DNA of 64,000 bases from Tubulanus polymorphus (GCF_964204645.1 NC_134030.1:10251947-10315946), one strand, 5' to 3'; shown: positions 10,769 to 39,500, numbered from the stretch's first letter. The notes: generated by a model from the sequence alone, not told the origin. A program made the numbers and translations.

Positions 10769-13700
10769 TTATTGGTTGTTCATTTGCCGAAGTTTAGTTA
10801 CGGCAACCGTCCACATCGCTTTCCACTGTTTAAACGTATGCCCGTTGCGCAATAACCAGGGCGTCACGTGCTGACCGGGCTGGTCCCACCTGGAACGAGA
10901 ATGAAATTCACAAACAACACACCTACGCATAACATTTACGAAATAAAAATTATCGATCGAGAGAAATCCCACGATAAATTAGCGAAAGATTTTAAATTTC
11001 AGTAGTAGACAAGAATATATCTACAGCAACGACTTTAGCCACCACCATCAGTCAGAAACGCTGTTTGTGAAACGAGAAATTATGTTTCAACGATGTATGT
11101 GCTGCGCTTGTCAGAGTAGCTAAAAGCTCGTTATAACGCCAGCCCCGGGACCGTCAAAATATGGTATGATTAACTTTAACCTGGCGGGTTAATTCAATTG
11201 AAAATGAATTGAGTTTAGAGCCCTAGGTTAAAAGTTAAAACCGGTCTATAAAACCAGCCTCCGAATTTATTAGTAGATTAAACACGCACCATTCTCGGAT
11301 GATCGTTTCGACGCGTTCACATTCGTCGATGCTCAATTTGGACTGTTCCAACATCGTCTGTAGTAAGACCGTCTTCGCTTCCAGGTTTCGATCGACGTTT
11401 TTCGCTTCCTTATAAAGTTCTGATTTGAGAAAAGAGCACAAACGTTAATAGGGTTCGGGGTACACTATATCGATTCGGGAAGGCTGGTATCGCAATGCTC
11501 AAAACATCAACACCCTCATTGTGAACGTACACAGAAACCGATGACATCCAAACTCAGCACAATCAAAGATTGGTATCATGGGCGACGGTTTTTTTGGGAA
11601 AAATATGCACAGGTGCCAATATGAACAGAAATGTACAATGTACATATGTAATTTCATCATTCAATCTTAACATATAGTTAACTCCCTAGTTAACATATAC
11701 ATTAAGCACATCCTCCCCCGGCAGGAATTTGAACCTGATGGCATGAAACCCTGCCATACTATACCAAGTGCGCAGCTACATGATTTCATTATTAGCCAAT
11801 CAAAAATCCTGTTTATTTTTAGCTAGGGTTTTCCAATTTAAAGTTCATCCATGAAATTTGCGGACAGACGAACGAACAGACAAATGACGGATGAAAAGTG
11901 AACGCAATAGCCCGCTGGGACTAAAGTCCCAAGTGGGCTAAAAATCATATTTTTTTCGAAATCTTTATATACGACATAAATGATGACTCACCCTCCAACC
12001 TTGAACCGTTCAGCATAGACGCATCATTCGTTATTTCTGCCAAATAATCGCCATCTGCTTCTATTTCTTGCTGCATTTCGATGACTTGTGACAGTATTTC
12101 TTCTGGGGCCTACGGAAAAATATATTCCGAAGAAAATTAACACCATTTTATTTTCCAAATGAAACCCACTGGAAATGCTTATGAAAATGAAATGCAGGCG
12201 TGAATCCAGTAGAAATTATTGGGTTGTTTGCTTAGAGAGAATGGACATTTTAGCTAAAGTTTTGATACCGGTATATGCGATATTAGATGATAGTGCACTA
12301 TTTATAGATAAGTAGTACTACCGGTAATAAACTAATACCAATGTACCGATAACTGCAACTTACGCCGCCCTTAGAAACAGTGCAACATTGTCCATGTAAT
12401 GGAAAATACCAAAAACAATTTCGCACATTCAGTGGTTCGAATGATGGAAACGGAGTTTTTAGTGCCTAGTTCTGCAGCTAGGTAGCGCACTGGGCCCATT
12501 CATTGCACCCCCATTCTAACATTGTACCCCAAGTTTCATCAAGATCGACCCATTATTAACGAAGCTAAGTTGCTGAAATACAGACACACTGACAGACAGA
12601 CAATACGAAAATAAAGGTCTTATAGAAGGCGGAGAACCAATAATGGAATCACCGTGATATAATCATTATGGTGATCAAGCCAGTTTATGTTGAAGGTTAA
12701 CCCTTTCAGTGCTGACTAATCAATACCCTATAGTTCTGAGGATAATTTGAAAATTTTTAAAAATTCCACCCTAGTGTGTTGAATAACGGGAATACCACTA
12801 TAGTGCGTTTACACCGCAGCGTGGTGTATTGTTAGTTACTAGTATTTCACTATGTTTGACAGGTGCTGCCATCTTTCAATAGAGATAAAAACTAATTACT
12901 AATTACATCAATACACCGCAGTGCGGTGTACTAGCAAAATACATCACCGACTCATACACCACACTGCGGTGTAGACGCACTGAAAGGGTTAAAGCCTGCA
13001 AGTGAGATTTATGCCAATTCCTACGAAATTTATATTCAAAGAACATAATCAAACATACCATCGTCTTTTGAAATCCGAGTGCGGACAGTATTTGTAGAAT
13101 AATTTTCGAACTGTCACTCTCCGGTCGAAGTGTGTTGATAGACATGTTAGTCAAGTGAAGTTTTTCGTCACTGTAAAGAAACGGTTTTAGGTGTATCTAT
13201 TTCACTGGAAAACTGAAGTGACTCGAGACCGTGATGTCGTATAGAGATACATGTAATTGTTAACCGAAAAACTATGTCCGTGTTGTGACAATGTATATAA
13301 ACCCACACTAATGTAACAAGATCAAACCTTTCATTGGTCTATTTCAGTACCCAAAATTTCTTGGACGGACAGGTTGCCACTAAGCGGCCACCAGTCTAAG
13401 TATCAAGCATAGAACTCAGTTCTATGGTATTAAGCCAATTAGAAGTGGTGTTTTTCACCGGCACATTCGCTATGCATCTGATTGGCTAGAATAGATTTAT
13501 AGATTGCTGGCCGCTTAGTGGCGACCTGTCCGCCAAAGAAATCTTGAGCAATATAAAAGACCAATGAAGGATTTGTGTTGGCGTGAGCTTTGGCGGGAGG
13601 CAATCAAACCCTGGCGAGTGAAGATAATCTAAGTAGCTAGATTTGACGTTTATTGTAATGATGAGGTTGGACTCTTAACCCATTTGCTGCACATGAAACA

Positions 13701-16700
13701 CATGTGAGACAATTTTTGTATGAAATGAAATCGAAAATTTTGTATTTTTTGTTAATGCATTATGCAATACGCAGTGCAAGTTCATACGCGGCGAAAGGTA
13801 AGCGTAATTACCTGTTGATTTGGTTGAACAGCAACTCAGCCAGAGAAACCGACTTGAACTGGGATAGTTCGCGTTGCGCATGGCTCCGCAACTCGTCGAC
13901 GCACTCGCGCACTTCCGTATGATCGTCGCATAATGCTGCGCGAACGTAGCTATCGATCGTCGACTGTCGATTCTCTAGGTTCATCAAACCCCATTTGATC
14001 TCTTTCACCAACGCAGAAATGTGGCTTTGATTCACCTCCTGGCAAATGAAACAGCTGATATAGTACCGGTACTTACCGGTACTTACTTAACTTTATGTAT
14101 AGTTCAGTTTATATTCGTGATTTGTGTACGACATATACAACGTACGCACGATTAGGGATCGGATATTAACGGCAAAAAATCCGTTTTGGAGCGTTACTTA
14201 CATTCAACCACGGCAAAATTATTTTTCAATTTGGTGTGTTCTGAGATTAATTTGTACATATTTACATAAGCCTATATAGAATAATTTTACTGTTTGAATG
14301 CTGGCACTTAATCAGGAATAACCTCACCAAAACTGATTTTTAAGGAAAATTTGACGTTTTTTTCGCATACCTGGGCCTGGTTTCATAGACTGAGTATCGA
14401 ACTTAATCCTTAGGGGTAAATTCTCAATCTGGGGACAACCACCAGAGCAACAGTGTGAAACCATGGTTACAACCGACAAGTTTCAAAATGTTTCCTTTTT
14501 ACGATGCGGATCGAATCAGCCACCATATAGTTCAGATGGACAGTCGAAATACTATTACTCACCGTCATATCTTTGAACTGGCAAATTCGTAACTGTTTTT
14601 CGGTCAGAGATTTCGATAGCGTGTTATATTTCGAAACCTCTCCGTTCAAGCGTTCGACGAAACTAGCCAGACATTCGAGTTTCATTTGCCATCCGACGAA
14701 TTCCGCTTCCAAATCTAGGACATTCCTGCAATGCAAAATAAATTTGTTGAAATTCTTTCGATTATTGAAAAGAGTATTTCTGGGGCACATCCAGAGTCAG
14801 ACTTTGACACAAAGATATGAAAAGGGCATCTATACCAAATAAGAGCATGCGCGAGAAGGCGAAACAAGGGTCTTGAAAATTTTGAAATTTCAGTGCATTC
14901 TAGTGCAATTTTCAGGCACTTGAGTGTCATGAAAGAGAATATCAGCCAAGCACCGGGTATCATGCAGCCGAGTGCTGGGTCCAGTTTCACGAAAAAGTTA
15001 ACCTAAAATTTTTGGTGTAATTGCCATTGGTTACTTCATGTTTTCAATGAGGACAACTATTCAAACTTAGCTGATTCGAGCTTAAACTTTTTCACGAAAC
15101 CAACCCCTGCTCTATCATCAGTTACGGGTAAAAAGATTGCTGTTATTTTCTTTTACAAAAGGGCACAGGAAGATAGCAACAGGAGCGCGTACTCCAATGG
15201 ATAATCCTCAAAATCTTTTTGTAGCTACCCTCGTTCTGCGACATGGTCTAGAGTCACTATGAAGCGGGGTCAAATGTACGAAACGACATGCACCTCGCTA
15301 ATTTATGCACAGGTTCGAACATGCCAAGCTCATCGGCCAGTTTCTGGTAGACGAGTTCCCGTGCCGCGTGGAATTCATTGCGTAGCTGAGCAGACGAATT
15401 CTTGCACTTCATTGTATCGATGAACGTCTTAACATGGCTTACTTGCCAGTCCTAGAAAATAAATCGAGTAGCCGATAAGAAGCATAATCGATCACTGCAA
15501 CTAAAAAGAATTTGGCACTTTGATGATGAAATGTTATCATATTAGGCTAGAAAATATCTACACCTTGTTTCTCATATGTGCTGAGCTTAAAAAGATGACC
15601 TACCGGTACATATCTACCCTGTGCATTACTATTTTAAAAATCATGATCATGCTAACCATAACAGACCCGGCATTTAAAGGAATGTACTGGATTGCAAATT
15701 TGAAGTTAACCGAACAACCCAGCCGATTTTAGGAGAACAAGGTACCATATTTTTAGCCTTATGTACTTACCTGAATTAGTTTGCGTAGGGAAAGCGGTTT
15801 CATCTGCTTTTCACTGGAAAATGAGAAATAACGGTTTTCAGCGACGCTTCAATACAAATCATCTGATCCGATTTAGATCATTTAGTAAGTTGCGCATTTG
15901 TTTGCCACATGATTAACCGTGTGGACAAGGGGAGGTAAAATCTACTCAATATTGTATATTAATCAATCTGAATGAAGGCAGACGTCAATCTGGAGCCTGA
16001 ACCTACTTTCGGTAGGATATTACCGGTACCTCAAACATTTCAATTGAAAATCAACAAACAATTATATTGGACTAGACGCCAGACTTTCAAAATGTGATTA
16101 CATCAAGACATCGCCGAACAATAGTTAGAGGGGAGGTTCCATGCTGCAGACCGACATCTGGGTAGAGCAGTAAGACGTCTCACATAAATAATCAAACCTG
16201 ACAATATTCTGATGGGACAACTGTTGTCTCGTGTTTTCGCAATGGGAGACCATCGAATCTAGTAGCTGATCTGTGCTGAAGTCATCCACCACGGTTTTCA
16301 CCAACGCGCTAACTTTTTCTTTCGTTTTCGGCCTGTTTCATACGAGAAATACGAATCTGATTCTTAGTGTACAAATGTTCATTCATCGGAGAATATTACC
16401 AACTTTCAAAGCGGAAATGCTGATTTTACAGACATAGAATGAAAAATCTAATACATGGTATATGGTGTAACAGATCAGTCATTCCTCTGGATATAAGGAG
16501 TTTAAGAGGAGGAAATTTCAAATGATGTGTCTGGCTGCATCACTTTCATATCCCAATTACAGCAGACTCCTAAATCGCTACTGAATTCATCTCATTCGGT
16601 GTTTTTGTAAGCAAATTCTTATCCTTTCTAATTCGGTAACTGCCTATTGGGCAACAAATCCTGGTCCTAACTGGTGTAGCCTATTTACTGCACGACATCT

Positions 16701-19700
16701 AAAATTTCTAAATGTAATTGCCTATTTTTCAAAATTGAAGTTTTGACATTTTGCTCAAATTAAAGGAGTTTCAAGCACCTTTAAAAGAATGTTTCAATTA
16801 GAAGGAGTTTTAAAGGAATCAAGGAGTCGCAGGGACCATCAAGTTATAGGCTTTTATAAAAGGAAATGAATGAAGTTTCAATAATTTTTGTTATTTTCCA
16901 TAGAATCTATACGTGTCTAGTGACTGATAATAACAAAAAAATGAGTCTAAAGCACTTTCATTCCAGATAGCTTTGAATTATGTGATTGACTACTTAAAAA
17001 AACCGCTGACAACCTGATCCGATTTTTTATTATTGATAGTGGTAATGGTGGAGCTAGATTCTACCCCTTTCATACAACTTCAATTGCATCGACATTGAGA
17101 CTTTTCAGTATAATTTGAAGAATAGGCTAGAGATATGAAATTCATTTCAATTGAACAAATTCCCTATGATTGAACTTACAGTTTATTGATGCAGACTCCA
17201 AAGTTTCCTTTCATCGCAAGGGCTTGAAATGTACTGATTTGTTCGCAGCATTGGCGTACGTGTTTCTGAAAGTACACCGGGCAAATGTGAATATCATTCA
17301 TTGGATAGATTGTCATTGGTTATTCAGAGAGCTCACTGAAACTGGTATACTGATATCAATCGCAGTATTTTACGGTTAATGAATGAAACCAACAGTTGAT
17401 GATTTAACAATTTAAACAGTTTAAATTTTGACTAAACTTCAAAACTATCAGAATAAGCTCTTATATCATCAACGGTGGGTCTGACTCATTAGCTCATTGA
17501 GGTTCAAGACGAATGTATCTATGATTCGCCATCAAGTTATGTGATAATTCACCTCAAGATTCTAGTTACAGGGGTCAAATTGGTGAACTCGCGAATTTTC
17601 ATTAATATCTCAAAACATTTTAACTGGCTTTAACAATTTTTCTCAACAAAATAGCAGGGCTGGGTTTCATAAATGTGGAAGCAAAATAATCCCTGGAAAC
17701 ATTTTGAAATTTGTCAGTTATTACCATGCTTTCTCATTGTTACTATGGTGGTTGTCACCCAGATTGAGGATTTACCCCTAGGAGTAAATTTGCCACCCTA
17801 CATTGCTGGAGAATATTTGAACATTCCATCATATTATGACGAATGTACCGCAGCATTGACAATTCTAATTACTTACAGTGCATTCATCTTCTATGACGTC
17901 GTCAGAATTGTCACTGCTACCTTTTCTATTGTAATACCTCACTTGAAGATTCCTGGATATATAAGCAGTGAACATATCAATATTACAGAGTCGCTACAGA
18001 TCAGTCACTCCTGAATACAAGGAGTTTTCAAGAAAATTTCATATTTCTAGGAAGCGTCTGCATTATTTTCATATCCCAAAATTTACTGTAAACTCCACCA
18101 AAATCGGTACCATTTATCTCGGTTAACTGTTTATTCGGTGGTTCTGTAAGTTCTTGTCATACACACTAACTAAACTTGGGTTTCTTATTCGGTAACTGTC
18201 TAATAGGGTTAGGCATAGCCTATGGACAACTTATTACAGGTATCTAATTGCCTATTTTCCAAAATTGAAGGAGTTTTAAAGGAGTTCTGACATTTCGCAA
18301 AAATCAAAGGAGTTACAAGCATCTTTAGAAGCACTTTTCATTTAAAAAGAGTTTTTAAGGAATCAATTTGTTGTAGGGACCCTGTTTTGTACACTCCTGT
18401 ACCTCGCTTGAATGCAGAATTTTTCTAATAGCGGTACTTCACCTCAGAGAACCACACATACGCACTCACCGACAATTGAACGTTTGCCGCATTTTGATCA
18501 GCCTCGAGTTTTGTTCGACGTCTTGCCTCTTTCGATTCGCGTGATCGTTGAACGCCTCCAGCAATTGCACGCGGTGATTCAACGCATTCTCGCATCTTCG
18601 TTTCGTTTCCAAAGCCGATTCTGCGAGTATAAATCAAAATACGTTGCAATTCTGCCTGAAATGCTGAACTTTGATATTTGAGATTAAAATTAGTTGTCCT
18701 CTCAAGTGTGCATTTCGTTTGCATCTGCACATTGTAATAGTCTTTATAGTGATAGACTCCTTAAAGATCAAGTGTAGCCCACTAAAGCTTTTGTTTTTAA
18801 CGATAGATAATGTTACGTCTACACATAACGATAATTCTTGAGAAATTTTAGCTGTAATGAAGAATGACGGATTAACTAAAATTTTGACGATTGAAAAGTG
18901 CAAATTTGAAGGAATTTTCACATTGCATGGTTCATCTGATACCCATGTAGATGGCGCTGATGATGACATAATAGGGACTAAGCGCTGAATTCAAGCCAGT
19001 ACGAACTTCTAGCTTCATATTGATATTCATGGTGTTCAAAGTTACCTGGTAGTTATTTTGTAATTCCGCCTGAAATGCTGAAATATGATGATATTATTTG
19101 CGATGAAGATTGGGTTTTCATTCAATAATGGGTTTCGTTTCTATCTACACATTGTAATACAGTCAACCTCGGTTAATCCGTATCACTCGGGACTGAGCTT
19201 TTTAATACGGATTAAATGGCGTACGGATAACGGATAATCCGTAGTTCTACGAATTGATTATAATCCCTATAAACAATGATTTAAGCACATAACCTGTAAG
19301 AAATAGCCGATTTCCAGAAGTTTAAATTTTCTACCTAAAAATGATGTGGCTACAATGACACTTGAAAGAAATTTAAAACCAGGTACAGGTGTACCATCAT
19401 TTGATGGAGGAGCTAGGGACCATGATATTGATGCATTACTTCAGTGTTTCAGGAGTTTCTCATATTCCCTATTGACCACATCAACCTCATTAGATCACGG
19501 TTGTTTATAATATACACTTTACTACAAATGTACGTTCCCCGACAGCCGATACGGACTGCACACTAAGGTTTTACATAGAAATTCAACAACGGAATTCGTT
19601 TACGAAATAAAGAGTGAAAATACGGATCATAATGACGTACGAATTAGGGACAGAATTTTAAAGTTACTGAAAAGTGTTACTGACCAACTTATTTATACGG

Positions 19701-21925
19701 AATAATCAATTATACAGTTAAACTGGGAACGAATTGACTGTAGTCCTTTGTAGTAATAGATTCCTTAAATTGGTTATAATATTGTGTAGAATTTCTTGTG
19801 CCCCTTCAAAACATACCACCCCAGTTCCATAGTTTTCCACAGGTAAAGTTACTAACTCTAGAATCAAAATATTTAGAGCCGATTTTAACTAGGCCTATGA
19901 TTTTTTTTAACGCATTATTCAAATGGCGATAAGGTCTTAAGCTTAAACCCGACAAGTTTTTTCAACTGAATCCGCAAGTTATTAAAGCTAAAAGCGCTTA
20001 TAATGTACCAAATATGTCTAAGATTTTTAGATTTTCAGCATATACAACACCTCTTATACCCTTCTGTGTTTTGCATACTGGAAGCATATATAAATTTGCC
20101 CTGTTCTAGATCTATTGCCCGTGCCTTTTGGAAAAATACTCCAACATGATCCAACGTAGATGAGAAATCCTGGAAAAACATCATAATTTCCAATACATAT
20201 GTTTATAGGTGTTAACTAGATCATAATCCAGAATGAACTGGTCTGGATTTAGCGGGGCTATACACACACACACACTCGCAAAAACAGTAACACATACCTG
20301 CGATAATAAGGTCACTTCTCAGACCGTCCATTCGCGTCTTAAAATGCTCCACTTTGCGTTTCTTTTCTTCTAATTCCCGAGTTTTTGCCGCAAATTCATT
20401 TTTCAGCGCTTTTGTTTTGAGCGCGTTAACGTGATCGTTTGCGACAAATGTTTTCGAACTGACGCGACACTTGTCAAGGTAGATATTTGATCACAGGATT
20501 TTAGCTAGAGTGAGTGGTATGGGTGAGCGGTTAAGCGTTTGACTGAAAGTTTGTGGATTCGAACCCTCTAGGCAAGACGTTTATCCACATTGCCTCGCTT
20601 AACCCCAGGCGTTTTGGATACATGGCTTTATGGATAACTCTCAAATAATAATATATAATGGATATAGTTTCTTCATCTCTGTTTATGTTGAATCGAATTT
20701 CAAAAAGAGATCCCTTTTGTGAAACTAAATCGTGATTCTGACTACCAAAGCTTGGATGTTCCCTCCGAGGAAAGAAAATGACTTTTGATCATCTCTTAAA
20801 ATCTTCTTCAAATCGATTTTAAAAGGCGAAACTAAATCCAGATTCTGACTATAATAGCTTGGATGTACTCTCCAAGGAAATAAAATGACTTCGGCTTTTT
20901 TACACAGATATGTAGGTAGGAGTGTAGATGACTGATTTACAGCCTACAACAGTTAGTATGTAGTCTAGGGTGATCATGATACCAATATCATTATGTGTCA
21001 CTGACCACATTCGTTGAGAATATCATTTATTCCCAAAATCATAATCAATCGCAATTTTGCGTTGTAATTTTCAAATACTTTTTAAGCTTTGTAAACCAAA
21101 TTGTAAACAGCAAAAACACAAAAAAGATACACTTTAAGGTTTCCTTCGACAAGCGTTATTGTCCTGAAATAGATATAAGCAGAGTAGTAGGTAATTAAGA
21201 AATTTGTTACAAAAATCCATCTAAATAGCATCAGATTGACCTAGACCTATATGGCATTTAGGCCTAGGCTACATACTGTTCTGATTTCACATTGTCGATG
21301 ATAAATCTCCAAACATCCATCATTTGTTGACCTCTACATAAACTGAAAAGAAAAATAATGATTTCAGTTTTCTGGTGGAGAGTCACCGGAAAACATCAGT
21401 TAGGCCTTTATTTTTGAAATACCCAATAAGGATGGTTTAGTTTTAGAAAAAGTTTACTAAGAGATAAAAAAAATTTCTGTGAATTATTTTAGGGCACCTT
21501 GGAAATTTGAGGGTTAGCACTCCCCCTGGCCTGCTACCTTCCTTAAATCCGCTCTGCAGCCCCACCACGGTGCTGCGGCAATAACCGGGTTACACCTGTC
21601 CTGGTTACTTTTCAACAAATTAACAGGGAGGGGCCTTTTTGCACCTGGGATCCAGCCACCCAGCTAGTGCAAGTAGTAAGCAGGTAAGGAAGAACCTGCA
21701 GAGGTCGAGGAAGAGGAGGGGCTAAGGCAACTTCCTCATAACTTGCAATATCGAATTGCATTGCAAATGCAAATTGATTGAAAAAAAAGAGAAGGCCTAC
21801 CTCTTAAAATTCTGCAATGATGGCGGTTTCTCGTTGATGTATTTTCCATGTGGAACAAACTTCATTTCATGCATCGCCCAATCTTGCAGCTGACGTGCCA
21901 AAATATCCGGCGTGATGCCATTCAT
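10769..21925 (-). CDS. HAUS5: HAUS augmin-like complex subunit 5 (634 aa, 16 exons)
   Basis: Exons: 21925-21801, 21342-21277, 21163-21131, 20458-20298, 18620-18470, 17952-17877, 17265-17180, 16332-16198, 15813-15771, 15451-15294, 14725-14563, 14038-13812, 13170-13059, 12109-11992, 11419-11290, 10889-10769 (1905 nt, open frame). N-term LARQLQDWAMHEM...LCRGQQMMDVWRFIIDNVKSEQTITLVEGNL and C-term EWWDQPGQ match HAUS5 motifs. Length is similar to the human protein. Confidence 0.88.
12701..12988. mobile_element. piggyBac-like MITE (288 bp)
   Basis: TTAA|CCCTTTCAGTGC...GCACTGAAAGGG|TTAA. A 288-bp inverted copy lies at 33100-33387. Confidence 0.9.
19160..19740. mobile_element. pogo/Tigger-like non-autonomous element in HAUS5 intron 4
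   Basis: TA|CAGTCAA...TTGACTG|TA. Removing it restores a segment homologous to 18650-18770. Confidence 0.7.
20459..21130 (-). other. U12-type (minor spliceosome) GT-AG intron, HAUS5 intron 3
   Basis: Donor GTATCTTTTT (21130-21121). Branch site TACCTTGAC (20481-20473), 14 nt from the 3' end. No polypyrimidine tract (…AAGTGTCGCGTCAG). The reading frame requires this phase-2 junction. Confidence 0.8.
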
Positions 21926-22286
21926 CGTCGTATGGGCTAATTTTCTAAATTGTCAAGGATTGTTGCCGTTTAAAAAGTCGAGCGTTTCGACGACCTTGAA
22001 TTATTTAAGTCCGCTAACTAGAACACGGAATCGGATTTATGGATGTTCCAAAACTGTCAAGTCAAACTAATGAAAACAAAATTGATCAAAAGTCATGGAA
22101 GAAATTCCACTGTCTCATTCAAACATAGCTCAAAAGGCATCCAATTGGATTGAATTGACATAATGTCACGAAATGACACGTAGATATTTATTTTTGGTAC
22201 ACCCTGTCGGCTAATGTTCAGTCGTTGTGTTGCGGTATTTAGTAATGTCCGTCGGACTCCTGTCAAATGCAGAGACCTAATCCAAA
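21926..22286. promoter_or_regulatory. Compact bidirectional promoter between HAUS5 and TBC1D23
   Basis: Divergent ATGs at 21925 (-) and 22287 (+) are only 361 bp apart. Confidence 0.7.
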
Positions 22287-36593
<14,307 letters not shown>

Positions 36594-39500
36594 TGAGCGA
36601 CGACGACGACGATGATGATGATGATGATGAGGGGAGAGATGATACGTTAGCAAAAAAGTACAAGTCGTATACTTGATATTATTACCGTAGTCATGAAAAG
36701 GAGATATGTAATAATATTGAGTCGTAGCGCGTTGTGTGTGGGAATTATTTTTTCGGGAAGCGAGTAATGACTTAAACGAACGAGGACGAACAGATAGCAA
36801 AGCATACGTAAATGGTATTTGAAAAGGAGATTCCAGATCATCATGCATGTTGGTAATGCCACGTCGTTACCTACAGGTGATGAACGAATGAAATATACGC
36901 GCTGTATAGACGAAATATATATGAAATCCCGTATATAGAGAATAAGTATCATGAACGTGGACCCGGTTCCACGGTTCTGAGTTAAATTTGACTTATTGAA
37001 AATGAACTGATTTTAGCTCAATAGTTAACTCGAACTCACTACTGTGGAACTGGATCCTGATGACATCGGTATATCGAGTTTATAGGTATATACGCCTGTT
37101 TGCCGCATGCGGCGCCATTCGGATTGCCCGTTGTACAATCGCCACGGCAAATTCCACGGCTAAACTATACCTGGAAAAACCTGGGCTCGAATAAAACACG
37201 ATTTTCTGATTGGCTAATAATGACATTGTCTAAGCTGCACATGCTTGTGTCGAAGGGTTTCTTACCTTTGCGAGTCTTCATGCTATTAGGTTTGAATCCC
37301 TGCCGCGGGAGGATGTGTCTACAGAAACAAACCGAACAAGTCGAGAACAAACCTCACGGAGTCGCGCTCTGTCTAATGCGACCACCATCATTCTGGACCC
37401 AATTCAATGGCGTAGGTCTGCAGAGCTGCCAATGGTTCCCGATTTTCAATATTAAGTAACTGTTTCGGCTCAAGCACTACTGATTTGATTTGCTCGATGT
37501 GAACAGAAACGTGAAAGCCACGTTACTGAAGGTCTAATCTGTTGCTAAAAGAATACTGATCAATTTGAACACGTCCTTTCATATTTCAATAATTCCTGAA
37601 AAAGATTCAACTTGTTGATAGCGCTTTTCAGTGGTTCGCAGCCCTGGGTCTGCACTCACCCTCTCAGACTATAGACACGCTGTCCCAATCGTTAGAACAG
37701 CGATTGTCAAGAATTCACCAGATCTCTTAAGGCATTTTATATCATTCGTGGAACATTATTTTTCATGATTATTAATTTTTGCCTGACCTGGCGAGATATT
37801 TTTTCACCTTAACGCGTGGAAAATCTTGATCGTCCCGGTTTAACCAATCATCGAATGGTAATTCTCGGATGAGTTAGTTCAGACAGCACATCGTTACCCG
37901 CGCAGTGTAAAATTGTTGTAAGGGGTTGGAAGAGTGTATATTGATATATAGTAAATTTTGTTTACCCTTGAGTTGATTGCCTCGGATAATCACATGCCAT
38001 GGACAACAAATTATACATTTCAGTGGTGGATCCAGAGGCCGATTTTGAAGGAATTGTCGCATCCCAAAAGGGCAATTCAATGTGCAAAGTGGCAAAATTA
38101 TGCTTGCACCCGCACTGAGTGGTGAAGAGCTTGTCACATTCTATCATAACGGTATCCGGACAATTGCCCCCATCAGAACATTTAGATATCCATAAATGCA
38201 ATAATAGGGGCACTACCGCACTGAAATGCAGCAATAAAATAGAAAAGGGCAAATTTGATGGACTTGCGCAAGTCTCGCAAGACTCCCTGGATCCACCCCT
38301 GCATTTACTCCAATACTACGTGATAACGACCCATCCCTGCTCCGACTGCCTGTCACAAAGTTTGTGCACCCCAGTTGACGATGAATTGGTTGTGCTAGAT
38401 CTGAGGCAAGTGGTGTCTACTATAGAAAAACTACATTTATTCTATTGTATATCCCTCGGATGAGACATACTTGTGCTAACTACTGCCATCTCTCTATAGG
38501 CATTCATATCATGGGTAGCAGGGGCAGACCTAGGATTTCTTCGGAGGGGGAGCAGAAAAGGGCGCTGTGAGAGAGCGCCAAGCTTATAGGGCTTCCCCCA
38601 GCAAATTTCAAATATCTAAACTTATTTTAGTGACTTTTCCGGGCCTCTGATCTCATTATCTGTGTTATGGCAACTTTGAAATTACAAATGTATTAGTAAA
38701 AATGTATGAGAAAAAAAAATTGGGTCAGAAAAAAGGACTGTTTTGGAAATTTTCGATACATCCCTGGGTAGAGACTAGGGGTAGGATGTTATATTTTGTT
38801 TTGATAAAAAATAAAGCAAGAAATCTTACGATTGAATAGTTACAGTATGTATAATTGGTGGATGGATGCGCTGGCTGTATGTATTCTGTCTGTTCTGTTT
38901 TGTTTTGATGCGTTTGATTAAGATTTATTGTTTTTGAGATTTGATATCTTTTTAGGGAAGTAGTTTCTCTCTGTGCTTGAGTAATTTTTAATCCGAATTT
39001 TGTACAATGGACAAAGGGCGCAAATGTATGATTTATGATTTGGGCTTAAGAAAAATGATACCTTGTTTCTCCTAATCGGCCGGGTCACTTTCGTAAACCG
39101 CTGGTAAATGTCTAATCAGTTGGTTTGTTTCTATAGCTGCTGGGTCAATGTAGTTAGCTGGCTGTCAATGGGCTGTTACAATGTAGTTAGCCTGACCATG
39201 ATTTTAAAATACCGTAGTAATATACAGGGTATCAAGGCGGCCGGCCGCATCAACTTGTAAGCTCAGCAGAAATGAGAAACAAGGTATCATTTTTTTTTCG
39301 CCTCAGCGATTTTTCTGAATGAGTTATTCATGTGAAACGTCTTTGTGTGGTAAATTATGGACAAGTCCAATCGATAGAAGTCCGTAGTTTACTGTACATT
39401 GTAAGCATGGTTCTCACGGAACTAGGAAATTGAGAAAAAAATGAGAAATGCAAAATAATGTTTCCCAGTTAGGAAATATTTGGGAATTCGATAGATTTTC

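Noticed and set aside
17070-17130. Extra candidate HAUS5 exon (PILQIILKSLNVDAIEV)
   Set aside because: Phase incompatible. Exon 7 joins 16332 in frame without it, and the total length already fits HAUS5.
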